DNA from: Leptogorgia sarmentosa
Taxonomy: Eukaryota
Direction: 5' to 3'
NCBI GenBank assembly: GCA_964658305.1
Contig: OZ210885.1
Location: 4,154,001 to 4,218,000 of the forward strand
DNA: 64,000 bases
How positions within the stretch are numbered: the stretch's first letter is position 1; every line of letters begins with the position of its first letter. The position numbers and the translations under genes were made by a program. Under the pieces are notes generated by a model. It worked only from the letters and a program-made list of their open reading frames with translations. It did no database searches and had not been told where the DNA came from. Shown here in pieces: positions 10,531 through 23,398 of the stretch.

Positions 10531-13500
10531 CTAGTTTTCTGAAGATAGTTCCAACAGTTGCTTCAGTAAGCTATCGTCATTGTTCAACAATGCTTGAGGT
10601 GTGTCACAGTCAACAATATTTCCTTGATCCAAGAGCATTATTCTGTCACTGTCTAAGATTGTACTCAAACGATGTGCAATAGTTATGACCGTGCAATCTT
10701 TGAAAACCTCTCGAACAACATTTTGTATGTCTTCATCTGTCTTCCTATCCACCTTACCAGTTGCTTCGTCAAAAATGATGATCATGTTCTTCTTCAGCAG
10801 AACTCTTGTTAAATGTAACAATTGCCGTTCGCCCAAACTGAAATTTGAATCACTTGAATTAATTTCATTATCAAGTTCTCCAGGCAGATTTGAAATAGCC
10901 GATTGCATTTTAGTCTGAGCAAGAGCCTGCCATATGTCGTTGTCGCTGTGTTCTCCCAAGGGATCAAGATTGATTCTGATTGTACCGTTAATCAGGATTG
11001 GAGCCTGGGAAATAACGGAAATTACTTGACGAGAAGATACCACATTGATCTCTCTTATATTCAAACCATCCACAAATATATCTCCTTCAGTTAATGCAAG
11101 CCTCATCAACGCAGCTACCAATGAGGACTTGCCAGCTCCGGTCCGACCAGCAATTCCAATTTTTTCTTTTGGTTTCACTTTGAATGAAATATTCTTCAGG
11201 ACTTTAGGGCCACCCTTGTAATGCCACAATGAGACATTTTGAAACTCGAGTCCACCAGCGTTCGGCCATTTTTCAGGGGAGGACTTGGGGAGACTATGCC
11301 CACGTTCTTGTGGAATTTGAGTGTAAGCCATAGCACGTTCTGCTGACGTCATCTGGGCGTTAATGACACCGAAAAAACGAACAACAACTCGCACTAATGT
11401 GTTAGTTTGTAGTGCGTAGAGAATAGTAATGGCACCAAGTTCTATAATAAGAAGGTAGTACAATTATATAAGCGCAGCTAGTTTCAACAGTCAATGTGTA
11501 GCATGCAGTAGCATTCTGAAAGTCTATAATCACTATATAAATTAAATATAGTTTTGACGGTGCAATATGTTTTGAAAAAATAACAAATTCGCGCAGTCTT
11601 ATTTCCAAACTAGATTCACTATTCGAATGAGAAATCAAACTGGATGGAGTATAATTGATGATCTTTCATCAATAAATTGCTTGCATAATTGCATTTAAAA
11701 TGAATTGTATATAGATATTTGCATTCACAACTGAGTCTGCCGCCATGTTGTTAGTCAGTTAATAAATTATCATAATAAATTTTATCATATGGCCAGCATT
11801 TGTTTTGGCAAATGGTGCAAGCTGATGGGGGAGGATTTTCCCGTATTGCCCACGGGAAATACGCAGTTTTTATTGCCCTGTCAGGAAAACAATCACAAAA
11901 AGCTTTAAAATTCAATGAGATTTCATTTTATAAAGTAGAAATTGTTAAAATGCGCAACGAGGAGCATTGTGAAAGCCAGTTTAGGCCCCTATTACACTAT
12001 ACTGGATTGCATCGGAGCGGAGCGATTTTTATACCGGATTGGGCTGTTGATTACACTATGCCACTGTAATCCGGTACGTGCCGCGGAGCAAAAATCACTC
12101 CGCTTCGTTCGTGATACGAAAAGTAATCCGGTATGTGCCGTACCAAAATGATTGCCTTACAAAATATTTTTATGTATGTATTGACTGCTGCAAGCGTGCT
12201 GCAAATAATGTCGTGTTTGTATGCCCTAAATATCCAACATTATACGATACGAAGACGTCTTCGACAGCGGAGCGGCGTAGTGTAATCGCTGCCATTTTTT
12301 TTCATCCGTGTCAAAAATGATCCGGAACGAAAAGTAATCCGGTATAGTGTAATAGGGGCCTTAATAACCCATAGTTTAAAAATGAGGGATACGAAACTAT
12401 TTTTTGTCAGCTTAATGAAGTACAGTATAATAATTTGGTCCATTCGTGATGTCGTTTCTGCTCAATTCGAAACACACTATGCCAATATATATACTAAATA
12501 ACTTACTGACCTCGACTGTTCGGGCTGTACGGGAAAATATCAAACCTCGGTCTTGCCGTAGTAACCTCACTATCGCTCGGACAATACAGCAATATGTACA
12601 ATATTTCGTACAGCCCTCACTCTCAGTCAGTAAGTTATTAATATTGCAGCCGGACTACATTCAGTTTTGTCTTCCACGATATTTTGCACAATTCTTATGT
12701 GAAAAAACAATAAAAAAAGTGAAACGTACTTGCTGTGTAGGTATCCTTTGCAGAAAAAATTATTACCACTGTAATAATTGCTGCCACAAACGTTGTTAAG
12801 CCGCAGCAGACTATATCAAAACATCTGGATGAGGTATAAAATGACAGGACTGCAGCAGTGTGCTTGTCAATATGCCTGCAAGAAATATAATATAAGTTAA
12901 AAAAATATTAAGTAAGCTAAAAGACGCCGTCAAAAGGGGTCGTTTAGCGTATTAGTGTTTCAGAGACGTTCAGATTTACCAGTTATATATAGTTTTAGGA
13001 TAAAGTGAAAATAGATTAGAAGTTACACCCAGTTCCTGAACGGCAAAATAAAATTCAAAGTTGAAAATAGAGGTCGTCATTTTACCATATAAGGGCAAAC
13101 CCAGCCGTATTGCACTCGCCGTATTGCACTCGCCGTATTGCACTCTAATATACTGCTGTTAGTATACAGCAGCAGTAACTTCGAGTAACTATAGGCAACT
13201 AATTTACCATGCAGAGTCAAATATACCTGAAAACTTCTTCTGTATATTCTTTCTGCCTGGAATGAATTCTGATAGTTTTCAGCCCTTCCATTGTGTTGGA
13301 GAAATGAGAATAGACAGGACCTGCTGCCATCAGCATCAGACGTTTTATATCGGCAGATGAAGTAATATAGACACTTCCAATGAAGTAAAATAACGGCATG
13401 GAACATAAAAATGCGAGGATCAACCAGGGATTTGTGATGCTAGCCAGCAATATGGTGGAAATGACTGGTGCAACGAAGTTTAACGATACACAGGCATAAT

Positions 13501-16500
13501 ACGGAAAAAACTCATCCAGGATGTTGATATCTTGAGATAAACGGTTTATAATTCGACCGACAGGATTTGTCGCGTAAAATGATAAGGATGCTTTCATAAG
13601 GCACGTAATCATCTTGTTATGAACCTGGAAGATTATTCAAAATTTTAACATGCGTTTACAACAGCTAGGTATATATATTTTTAGAGATATGCACTCACCT
13701 TATAGGATGAACTCATTAAAAGTAGGAAAATGCCCAGCGTACCGACAACCGTGAGTAGTACTGCAAAAATAAGGTAAATCATGTACAAAACGAACATGTG
13801 ATGAAGTCTAGAGTTTCCATCCCCGGCAAACGTTGGGAATTCTGATGCAATGATGTTCACCAAAACAATTAAACCTAAAAATAGAAAACAAAAATTTGGA
13901 TTTCTATAAAGTATTGGTTTTTTGTTTAATACTTATTAATTATAGACCTGAATTGGGTCTCATATTTCCTGAAGAAATAAAAGGATTGTTGGATACATAG
14001 CAATTTTTTTTTGCTGTAACATTTCCTAAACCTGCATTAAAGTGTTTGAATATATTTTGTACGTTTCTACATTCATTGCATCGGCATGCGAAAAGATGTA
14101 TTTTTGTTCGGCATCATATCTATCGTTTACATACCTACATCCAGTAATGATTTCCACTAGTCATGGAAATGAATTAGGCGTGGGCTCTTTTCGTAAATAT
14201 AATAATGTTATTACAAAAATACTAATTGTGAATGCCCCTTAACAAATTACACTTATACAGACTGACCTACTGTAAGATGCATGGATATCTACTGTCGCGC
14301 AAAATAAACAGCATTCACACTAGTGTATGGTTTACGGACCCGTGAAGAAATTATTTGGATTTTGGATTTGGCAAGAGGAACGCCGTTCAAACGCCCGACA
14401 AAAATACGGGGGGGGGACTCTTTAAACCTGCAAACCATCACTGCCTTTATCTCGGTGTATTTCACTCTTAATAGCTACTAACCTGCGCCAGAGAAATAAA
14501 GCACGGGGACAAGGAGCACGATAAACGGGGAGGCTCCGTGAAGTAAATATTTCAAGTAAACTTTCAAAGAAACCGTTCCACTCTTTCTATCTTCCTCTTC
14601 TTGTTCAAGGTTGACACCTTCCACGGATTCTTTATTATCAGCCCATACATCACGTTGCTTGCCATCCTTTGGACCAGTATCGTCTACAACTGATCCATCA
14701 AGTGGAAGCGTATTTTTCAAGGTTTCAAAATTTCCTTGAAAGGCAATCACTCCTCCTTCTCCCAACTGGACAATACGATCAGCCATTGGATAATATTTTG
14801 TCGCATGTGTTGTCAAGAGAACTATTCGATCAGATAATAGTCCTTGGATACAATCTCTAGATTAAAACAATGACATTTATAATAAATATTGTAAAATTTG
14901 TCCTTTCAATTATCCTGGATTAGATTTCAAACTTTTATTTCAAATTTTTCTCAAATTTTTCATAGCTTAAATCCCTTTAGCTACTATTTGATTTCTCAAC
15001 ATTTTTAAGTGACATTAATAAATATTCAATTTGACTGTTCGTGTATGCATTTTATAAAGTGTCGAATCTAAAACCTGCAGTTGACATTCAGTTCCTAGCG
15101 ATATTTGAATAAATCTTATTTTCAATATGATTAACAGGTAATCGCATGGGGTCCTCCTTAAATTAAGGTTAAAGGTAATTTGTAAAATTTTGGAAACACG
15201 CGTAACATTAATCCTTAATTTTACTCGGCCCCATGCGATTACCTACACAAATCCGTCGGGCAGAACATGAATATAGACTCCCCCGAAAAATTAACGCCCC
15301 TGTGAATGAAGAACTGTGATTACTGCCCAGGCATTTCAAAAGATTCATTAACCAGGCCCAACGGGTTTATTTACGCCAAATAAACTAATATAATAAAATA
15401 ATAAATCCTTCTAAAGATGATGTCGTCGTCATTGGTATGATGTCATCACGTGTTATAAAACTCGTCCACGTTATGACGTCATCGTTTAACATAACGATTT
15501 CAAACATACTAAACCTCTGGTTGTCATATATTTACAACTATAGCAAAGCAGATTCTTTTGCCTTCAAAAGTGTATAAAAAGGTATTCCATTTAGCGTTAA
15601 TTTGGGTGTATGAACGTAGTTTTTGCATCATCATGTAGGGCAAGGTCTTTGCTGTTGGATGTATGACAACGAGTATGTTTCTTTTTATACTTGTAGGAAG
15701 TAATTTTGCATCGGGGAATGATTAGAACTAACCCTATCCTACTATTTATTATATAGACAAGCACTATATATGAGGTATTCTGTAATCCGATTGGCTGAGC
15801 TACTCACTAGCTATTACTTCATATATAGTGAGTAGGACGAATTAATTATCTCACTCACGTGAGCTTAAAACAAAATGGCTGAAAATGGCTGAGCGTTTCC
15901 CTCAAATGAATGATTTTAATAAATTTTATAATGTTCGCCTTTTGTCTATATAATAAAACAATTATATCACTCGGCTGCGCCTCGTCGGCTATCAGCTCAT
16001 ATACGACTCGAGCTCATGGTATAATTGTTAAATATATATATATATATTAGACACTTCCCAATACAATACCATGAAATTCAGGGGTGGGGGGGGGGGGGGG
16101 TGCGCATAGAACAATGATTTACATTCTCCCTCTCCCTTTTGCACATTACGATAAAACTGATATGAATAACTAACCTGAAGAGATTTTCAGCGACATTGAT
16201 GTCCAAAGAGCTCAGAGGATCATCCAATAAATATATATCAGCTTCAGAATAAACTGCGCGTGCCAAAGCAATACGTGTACGCTGACCACCACTCACAGTC
16301 GCACTATTTTCTCCAATACGTGTTAAATCATGTTCCGGAAAATTATCAAAATCCTTTTCTAACTGACATGCCTTGATTATCTTGTTGTATTTGCTCTCGT
16401 TGTAAGGTAAACCGAATACGATGTTTTCACGAATAGTTCCGGGAAAAACCCAAGGCGAGTCGGAGACATAGGCTAATTGACCAGAGTAATTAACCGAGCC

Positions 16501-19500
16501 ATTAGTCACCAGTAACTCTCCTAGAATGGTTTGTAGAAGCGATGACTTCCCAGTTCCGACGCCACCGCATATGAGAACCAATTCTGGACTAGCCACTTCT
16601 AGATTAATGTTTTTCAATACTGACGAACCTTCGGTTTTTGATTCAAAGAACTGGGAGGAACCACACGCCGAAGGAACTTGACAAGTTACGTCACTTAGAT
16701 TAACAAATGGTATAGGAGAGCGTTTGGATTCTTTGGGTAAATCATCCAGTTTTACTTTAATCCAGTTTTTCGCACTTTGAAGAGATTCATTTGATGAATT
16801 ATCAGTTGCTGTTAGAAACATTTCAATACGCTGAAGAGCACCACGGACGTCGCTGAATAATCGTACGGTTGTTGGGATACTAACAGCAACCGATGTATTA
16901 ATTATTCCAAAGAGGTATATCATGGAAAAGAAATTCAAATAAGCGATGTCATTTCTTGCGGTGTAAATCAATGTGCACACTGTGATGAAAGTTGCCAAAT
17001 TTTGACCACAAGCCATGAATCCGTAACTTATCAATGAAATAATCCAACGTTTACATTTGAGTTTCACTTCTTTCCTAAGGTAAAGAAAATAATTGCTTCA
17101 TTACTTTTTTAAAACAATTAAAAAATTACCGTGGAATTTCTTTAGTATAGCGGCAAGTTCTTTGCTATTTTGTGGGAAATTTACATTCGTTGCTTTCAAA
17201 TAATCTTCATAAAAAGTTTTTTACAAGCTTCCGTTGATTTTTTTATGTTATGCGAAACCTTTGATTACAGCTTCTTCTAGGATGGCAAACTTTCACCTTT
17301 GAGGAAGCCGTTTGTTTTTGTTTTTCTTTTTTTCACATTCCCGTTTGAATCCTTCTAAAGATGATGTCGTCGTCATTGGTATGATGTCATCACGTGTTAT
17401 AAAACTCGTCCACGTTATGACGTCATCGTTTAACATGACGATTTCAAACATACTAAACCTCTGGTTGTCATATATTTACAACTATAGCAAAGCACATTCT
17501 TTTGCCTTCAAAAGTGTATAAAAAGGTATTCCATTTAGCGTTAATTTGGGTGTATGAACGTAGTTTTTGCATCATCATGTAGGGCAAGGTCTTTGCTGTT
17601 GGATGTATGACAACGAGTATGTTTCTTTTTATACTTGTAGGAAGTAATTTTGCACCGGGGAATGATTAGAACTAACCCTATCCTACTACTTGTTAAATAT
17701 TTACCATCGTGTTTTCTGTATTTTTTCTTCGAAGATCTTTTCCCAACAGTTCACTTTAACGGAATGTATCACAGTCAGAGATTCCCTAATATAACCAAGA
17801 CGTTTCTCTGACAGGCCAGAGGCTTTCTTACGTAAATCATAGTCAACTTTACTACAAAGCATCTGAAATACGACAATTGATGATAAAAAGATGGTGCCAG
17901 GTATGACTTGCCATCCAATGTAGTAAAGCAGCCAAGCTGTAGCGTTTACGGCGATTGAAAAATCACGAAGACCAAAAGGAATATACCATTCTCCACTGGT
18001 GACCAATCTTTGCGAATCATTGCAAACTAATTCCATCACGTGACCGCTGTTAACGGCCATTTTATTCAGTCTGAGCACCTAGATAACGCAGCATATAAAA
18101 CAATTAGCCATTCCCTGATCGAGATCACAAAGCATCGTGGGATTTATTTGAAGGGACAGTGCAAAACAGACCAAAATATTTATGGACACGCCGCGCGGCT
18201 GATCAGCTACGCCAATATTTGTGTACACCGCTGATTTTTGAACTATTTTAGTGAATATTTATAACTCACCTTTTTATACAACAAACCCATCACTCCCGTC
18301 TTGGCTTTGTTCCCTAGATTTGCGCCATGAAGATTAAAACGAGCAGTTCCAAATATTTCCATCATAAATCCCAACACGAAACCATAAACATACATCATGG
18401 CATCTTCATAAAATCGGATGTTATTTTTGTTCTCCCCAAAGCCGCTTACTAATTGCAGCAAACTAATGAGTGAATACCAAGAAATATTTTGTCCAACAGT
18501 CATAACAATCCAAAACACTAAGTACATCATGTAGTCTCCAAAATTGAAACATCGTAGCATTGCTTTCCATAACTTCGAAGCCCGTTTATCTATAAATATA
18601 ACCAAAATTTATCGGTTGAACTTTGTTATAATTAAATATACTGTCCTCAGCTGACTTTTTTCTTAATATCATTGTAGTCAATTTCCTGGAGGCTGATTGG
18701 CTAAAAAGCTTCAACAACTGTGCGAATTAAACATTAATTACACAGGTGTGTAATTAATTTTTCAAATACCACGTTTTCGAGCCCGCGATATGCGAGCGGA
18801 TAAATTTAAAAACAAGTAAAACTACAGTAAAATTTTTGTTTCTCGTATAAATTTACGATGGATTTTGATTTGTTTGATACTAAAAGGAAATTACACTTGT
18901 TCTCGAAGTATTAATGAAAAATTGCACTTGTGCCAATTTCCCTATCTTATAATATTTCTGCTTCAAATCAGTTATACTGATTTTGCGATAGATTTTTGTT
19001 TGTTTATACTTATTTTATGGTATATTATATACCATAACCGTATATTTCATCCGAATGATTTGCTAAGAATAGTAAATTCTTGAAAGTTTTACAATCACAG
19101 CGGAAGCTAACGCGAGGAAAAATCTCATTGCCTTATCAGTGCATTCGTGCCATGCAATCGCAATAAGCCTAATACTGTATATCTGTTGTAAAAAAACAAA
19201 CATCTGTATTGATTTCAAACCCATTTTAGTATACACCCAAGCATGGTCTATTACAAATGCTACATTCTGATTGGTTACTCAGCCGTTGTCTATTCCGTGT
19301 TAGTATAAATCTTGAGGTGACTATAACATTTCCTGCAATTTGATTGGTCAAGAATTGATTTCTCTCTTGTTATAGTCACCTCCTAGGAGGTGACTATCAC
19401 TTTTTCATAATTAAAATTCAAAATGGCCGCCCGGTTTGTTGAAGATTCGCAGGAGGAAATTGACAAAATTAAACAAGAAAGCATCCCCAAGAAAACCAAA

Positions 19501-20160
19501 CAAGCGACAAAATATGGTTTAAAAATCTTTCAAAGTAAAATATTTTATTTAGTGTTATTTTTATGCAACAAAACTGGCTTTTTTCACTAGCAAAGTGGCG
19601 ATATGAGCGTGAACTATTATCGTAAACAAACTACAAGTAAAGTAAACAAAACTTGAATTTCTACTTAACAGACAGTTTGAATCAAATCACTGTGACCTGG
19701 GAATTTATACTAAAACAATTAGTCGCCTCAGGCTCGGTGATTACAAGCCTATATTCTATATAGGCTTGTAATCACCTCGCCTTCGGCGACTAATTGGTAA
19801 ATAGACCACGCTTCGCGAAAAAGCAAAGGAAAACAATGTGGCTACTGCAGAAAACTCGCCCTTTGCCGCAAAATTTTCTTGATAAAAACAATTAGACAAC
19901 TCGGCCTCGTTGTCTAATTGTTAAATAGTAACAAAATTGATACCTTTCTTTGCAGAATCCTTTTCCTGTTTCCATTTCTCTTCTAAACGTTCAGTGAGTT
20001 TACAGCTCTGATCTTTGTCTCTCACGTCATGCAGGTCGTCTTGTTGTAGTGGACGTCGCCATCCTTTCAACAGGAGCGGAATGATCCACCACAACGCTAC
20101 TCTAGATACAAAGTTCGCCCTCTCTTGCGGGTGGCGCTGTGACGTTTTCCCTGATTCCAT
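10531..20160 (-). CDS. ABCC4: ABC transporter subfamily C, ABCC4/MRP4-like (TMD1-NBD1-TMD2-NBD2), copy A, intact, 9 exons, 1271 aa
   Basis: Exons 20160-19944, 18589-18270, 18078-17705, 17074-16175, 14856-14483, 13874-13699, 13624-13227, 12875-12730, 11441-10531, all GT-AG and frame-consistent (3816 nt). Lasso motif PQERANFVSRVALWW; NBD1 GGVGTGKSS / VSGGQR / YLLDD; NBD2 GRTGAGKSS / FSLGERQ / IIFDE. The symbol means family resemblance, not proven orthology. Confidence 0.9.
11984..12360. mobile_element. PIF/Harbinger-like MITE in ABCC copy A intron 8
   Basis: TIRs GGCCCCTATTACACTATAC / GTATAGTGTAATAGGGGCC with 3-bp TSD TTA; absent from the matching intron of copy B. Confidence 0.85.
15406..15750. 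repeat. Direct duplicate of 17347-17690 (intron 3 segment present again in intron 4)
   Basis: ~340 bp near-identical, from aatccttctaaagatgatgtcg to cctatcctacta. Confidence 0.9.
19230..19800. mobile_element. Unclassified dispersed repeat with terminal hairpin in copy A intron 1
   Basis: Absent from copy B intron 1; ends in the hairpin aattagtcgcc..gtgattacaagcctata / tataggcttgtaatcac..ggcgactaatt (~19717-19796). Confidence 0.55.
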
Positions 20161-20478
20161 TTTGCTGTTGTGAATGGGCTTCTCTCATAAACACCTTTGG
20201 TCAGGGTATACGATATTGTGAAGATTTAAGAGAAAAACGTAACCTCTGCAAAAGTTTAAGTATTATCTTAAGATGAGTGACAGGTTCAGCCGTTGAAAAA
20301 ACCTTTAAACTAAAAGTGTTTTTATCCCTATAACTAGAATAAATTGCATTCGATTGCATGTATGAAAAGATATTTGAGTTTTGAATTTAAGTTTTCTATC
20401 AGTTTTGTAGAATGTGAATAATTCACAAGAGGAGAAGTGAACTTTGAAAATAAAATTAATGAAAATATTAAATATATT

Positions 20479-20678
20479 GGCCCCGATTACACTATACCGT
20501 ATTCCTCCGGAGCGTGGCGATTTTCTGGAGGTGATATGAAAAGCAATCCGTATGTTTCGTAGCAGTGTAAACACTACAATCCGGTATTCTCGTAGTGTGC
20601 AAAAAAATGTTTTATGACAGCCATTAAATACTGGTATTGCCATTATGTGCGTGAATCCGGTATAGTGTAATCCCAGCC
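20479..20678. mobile_element. Harbinger-like MITE upstream of ABCC copy A (truncated inverted twin at ~25100-25260)
   Basis: TIRs GGCCCCGATTACACTATACCG / CGGTATAGTGTAATCCCAGCC, similar to 11984-12360. Confidence 0.7.
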
Positions 20679-22910
20679 ATAGCTACTGGATACGGACCTA
20701 TTAATTAGAAATAAACGGTGCTATTTTAGAAGTAAATGTTCTGAACTTATAAAATTCCGTACAAGTCACGTGTTTGTGATCAAGTTGGACAGAAGAGAAC
20801 AATAATTTTGCAGCAAAGCTAAGATACAGTCATACAGTCATACAGCATAATTATATAATTGTTCCACTTGGCTAGTTCCCAAATACAATCATTTACAATC
20901 AACTGACATGGCAACTGAGAAACAACCCAGTGATAATAAATTATGTCTTAGTCATTCTATATTATTGAGATATTTTTTAGGAAATATTTCTGGTGGAAAT
21001 CATGAGTCCTCAAGTCTCAACCACAGTGGAACCCGCTAGAATCGATCAGGTTGAAAGAAATCATTCGTGCATGTGATGTGTGGCACATCATGCGTTGAAA
21101 TTCAGTACAAATTCTCCAACATGGCTAGATTATAGAATACTCGTCCACTTTTGAAACTGTTACTTGTTATCATGGTACGATGTTACAAATTCAGAAGAAT
21201 AAGGGGAATGATATTTAAAAAGCCCGGGCAAGCTAGATATACTTTTTTACAACGATGTATGGATATTCACCCCCTCCCCCACAATCAATTAACGCTCTAG
21301 CTTCGGCTCTGAGCTATGGTTTCATCTATAGCATTCTCGACAATGTCTTCATACACTGCGGGTCTTGAAACGACCATTGGGCAAATGTAATCTACAAGTA
21401 AGTCCCCAAGTATAGTCCTAGCGAACGCCTCACAGGTGTCTTGTTATTTATATGGTCCGTTGCATACAGCATTCGTCAGTATAAGACGAATCTGTAGATC
21501 ATTTTGTCTTACTTGTATTGCTCGAGTCAGAGCAATATTTAAAAAGCCTGGGCAAGATATAATTTTTCACAAGGATATATGGATATTCACCCTCCCCCAA
21601 TGAATTAACGCTCTAGCTTAGGCTCTGAGCTATGTTTCTAAGGTTTTCAAATGTAATCTATAAGTAAGTCCAGACCCCAAGTAAAGTCCTAGCGAACGGC
21701 CCACAAGTGTCTTGTTATATTTATATATGATTGACCTTTGATTGTATACAACATTTTTCAGTATAAGACGAATCTGTAGGTCATTTGTCTTACATGTATT
21801 GCTCGAGTCAGGCAGTGTGAGGTGAAAATACTTGTGCAGAATAGCAGCAAGTTCGGCAATTATAACAAATGTAATTATGTAAGTCGCTCAACTCGCTCAG
21901 GTATGAATGTACACATTGAGTTTGAACACTTCATTATACTTGCTTACCTATATCAATCCAAATGATAACACTGTTTGATAAATTTCTCTCTCAGTCTCAG
22001 CCACTGGACAAATTCTATTACATTCGCCGAGTCGATTTTCAATGCTTTATAAAGATACCACACACTATAATGTTCTATCCATTTTCACATTTTTCATAAC
22101 CACATGGTCGGGACCCATCGGGTAGATTATAGAACACCACAGATGTTTATATCTTTGTGTTTGTGCGGAAACGTCGGAAAGCGTAACAATAATTTAACAA
22201 CAGGGTGTTAAAAATAAAAAGGTAATGCAAACTTAGTCCGTGAGTGTATCTATCTAAAATCTTTACAGTTGTAATGTTGAATTGCCATATCAATTCAATA
22301 ACAACTGCCATGAAGCCAGTCGAAAGCTCGTCAAAATAGTGTAATCCAACACCAGCCGTAAAGAATTTATTTGAACATTACTTAATTGATTATAATGAAT
22401 AGCATGGGTGAATATCCATATTGCTTGTGAAAAATTATATCTAGCTTGCCCAGGCTTTTTAAGTATCATTCGGCTTATTCTTCTGAATTTGTAACATCGT
22501 ACCATGGTAACAAGTAACAGTTTCAAAAGTGGACGAGTATTCTATAATCTAGCCACATTGGAGAATTTGTACTGAATTTTCGAAGGAACTCATTTCAACG
22601 CATGATATGCCACACAACACATGATTGATTTCTTTTGTCTCCTCGGGGCGCTCAACCTGATCGGTTCTACTGTGGTTGAGACTTGCGGACTCGTGATTTC
22701 CACCAGATAGAAATATTTCCTAAACAAATATCTCAATAATATAGGATGACTAGGACATATTTTATTATCACTGGGTTGTTGCTCAGTTGCCATGTTAGTT
22801 GGTTGATGTGATTGTATTTTGGCACTAACCAAGTGAAACAATTATATATTATGCTGTGTCTTTGTTGTTAAATTATTGCTACGCTTTCCGCACAAACACA
22901 AAGATATAGA

Positions 22911-23398
22911 GAAACCAAGGGAAAAAATTGAAATTGCTGGTCGAACCGGAGCTGGGAAGTCATAATTGGTAGCTGCGTTGATGAGGCTTGCCTTAACTGA
23001 GGGAGATATATTTGTGGATGGTTTGAATATAAGAGAAATCAATGTGGTATCTTCTCGTCAAGTATTTCCCGTTATTTCCCAGGCTCCAATCTTGATTAAC
23101 GGTACAATCACTCACTTGATCCCTTGGGAGAACACAGCGACAGCGAAATATGGCAGGCTCTTGCTCAGACTAAAATGGAATCTGCTATTTCAAATCTAGA
23201 TGAATGATGAAATTAATTCAAGCGTTTCAAATTTTAGTTTGGGCGAACGGCAATTATTACACTTAACAGACAGTGTAACAGCACACAGTTAACTTATCTT
23301 AGACTGAGTGAAAAATTGTTAACTGTGACACACCTCAAGCGCTGTTGAAAAATAAAGATAGCTTGAAGCAACTGTTGGAACTATCTTCAGAAAACTAG
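22911..23398 (+). pseudogene. Decayed fragment of the ABCC4-like last exon (NBD2), third copy
   Basis: KPREKIEIAGRTGAGKS..LVAALMRLALTEGDIFVDG with a stop, frameshifts and internal deletions; ends with ctatcttcagaaaactag, followed by 3' flank homology to ~23660. Confidence 0.9.
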
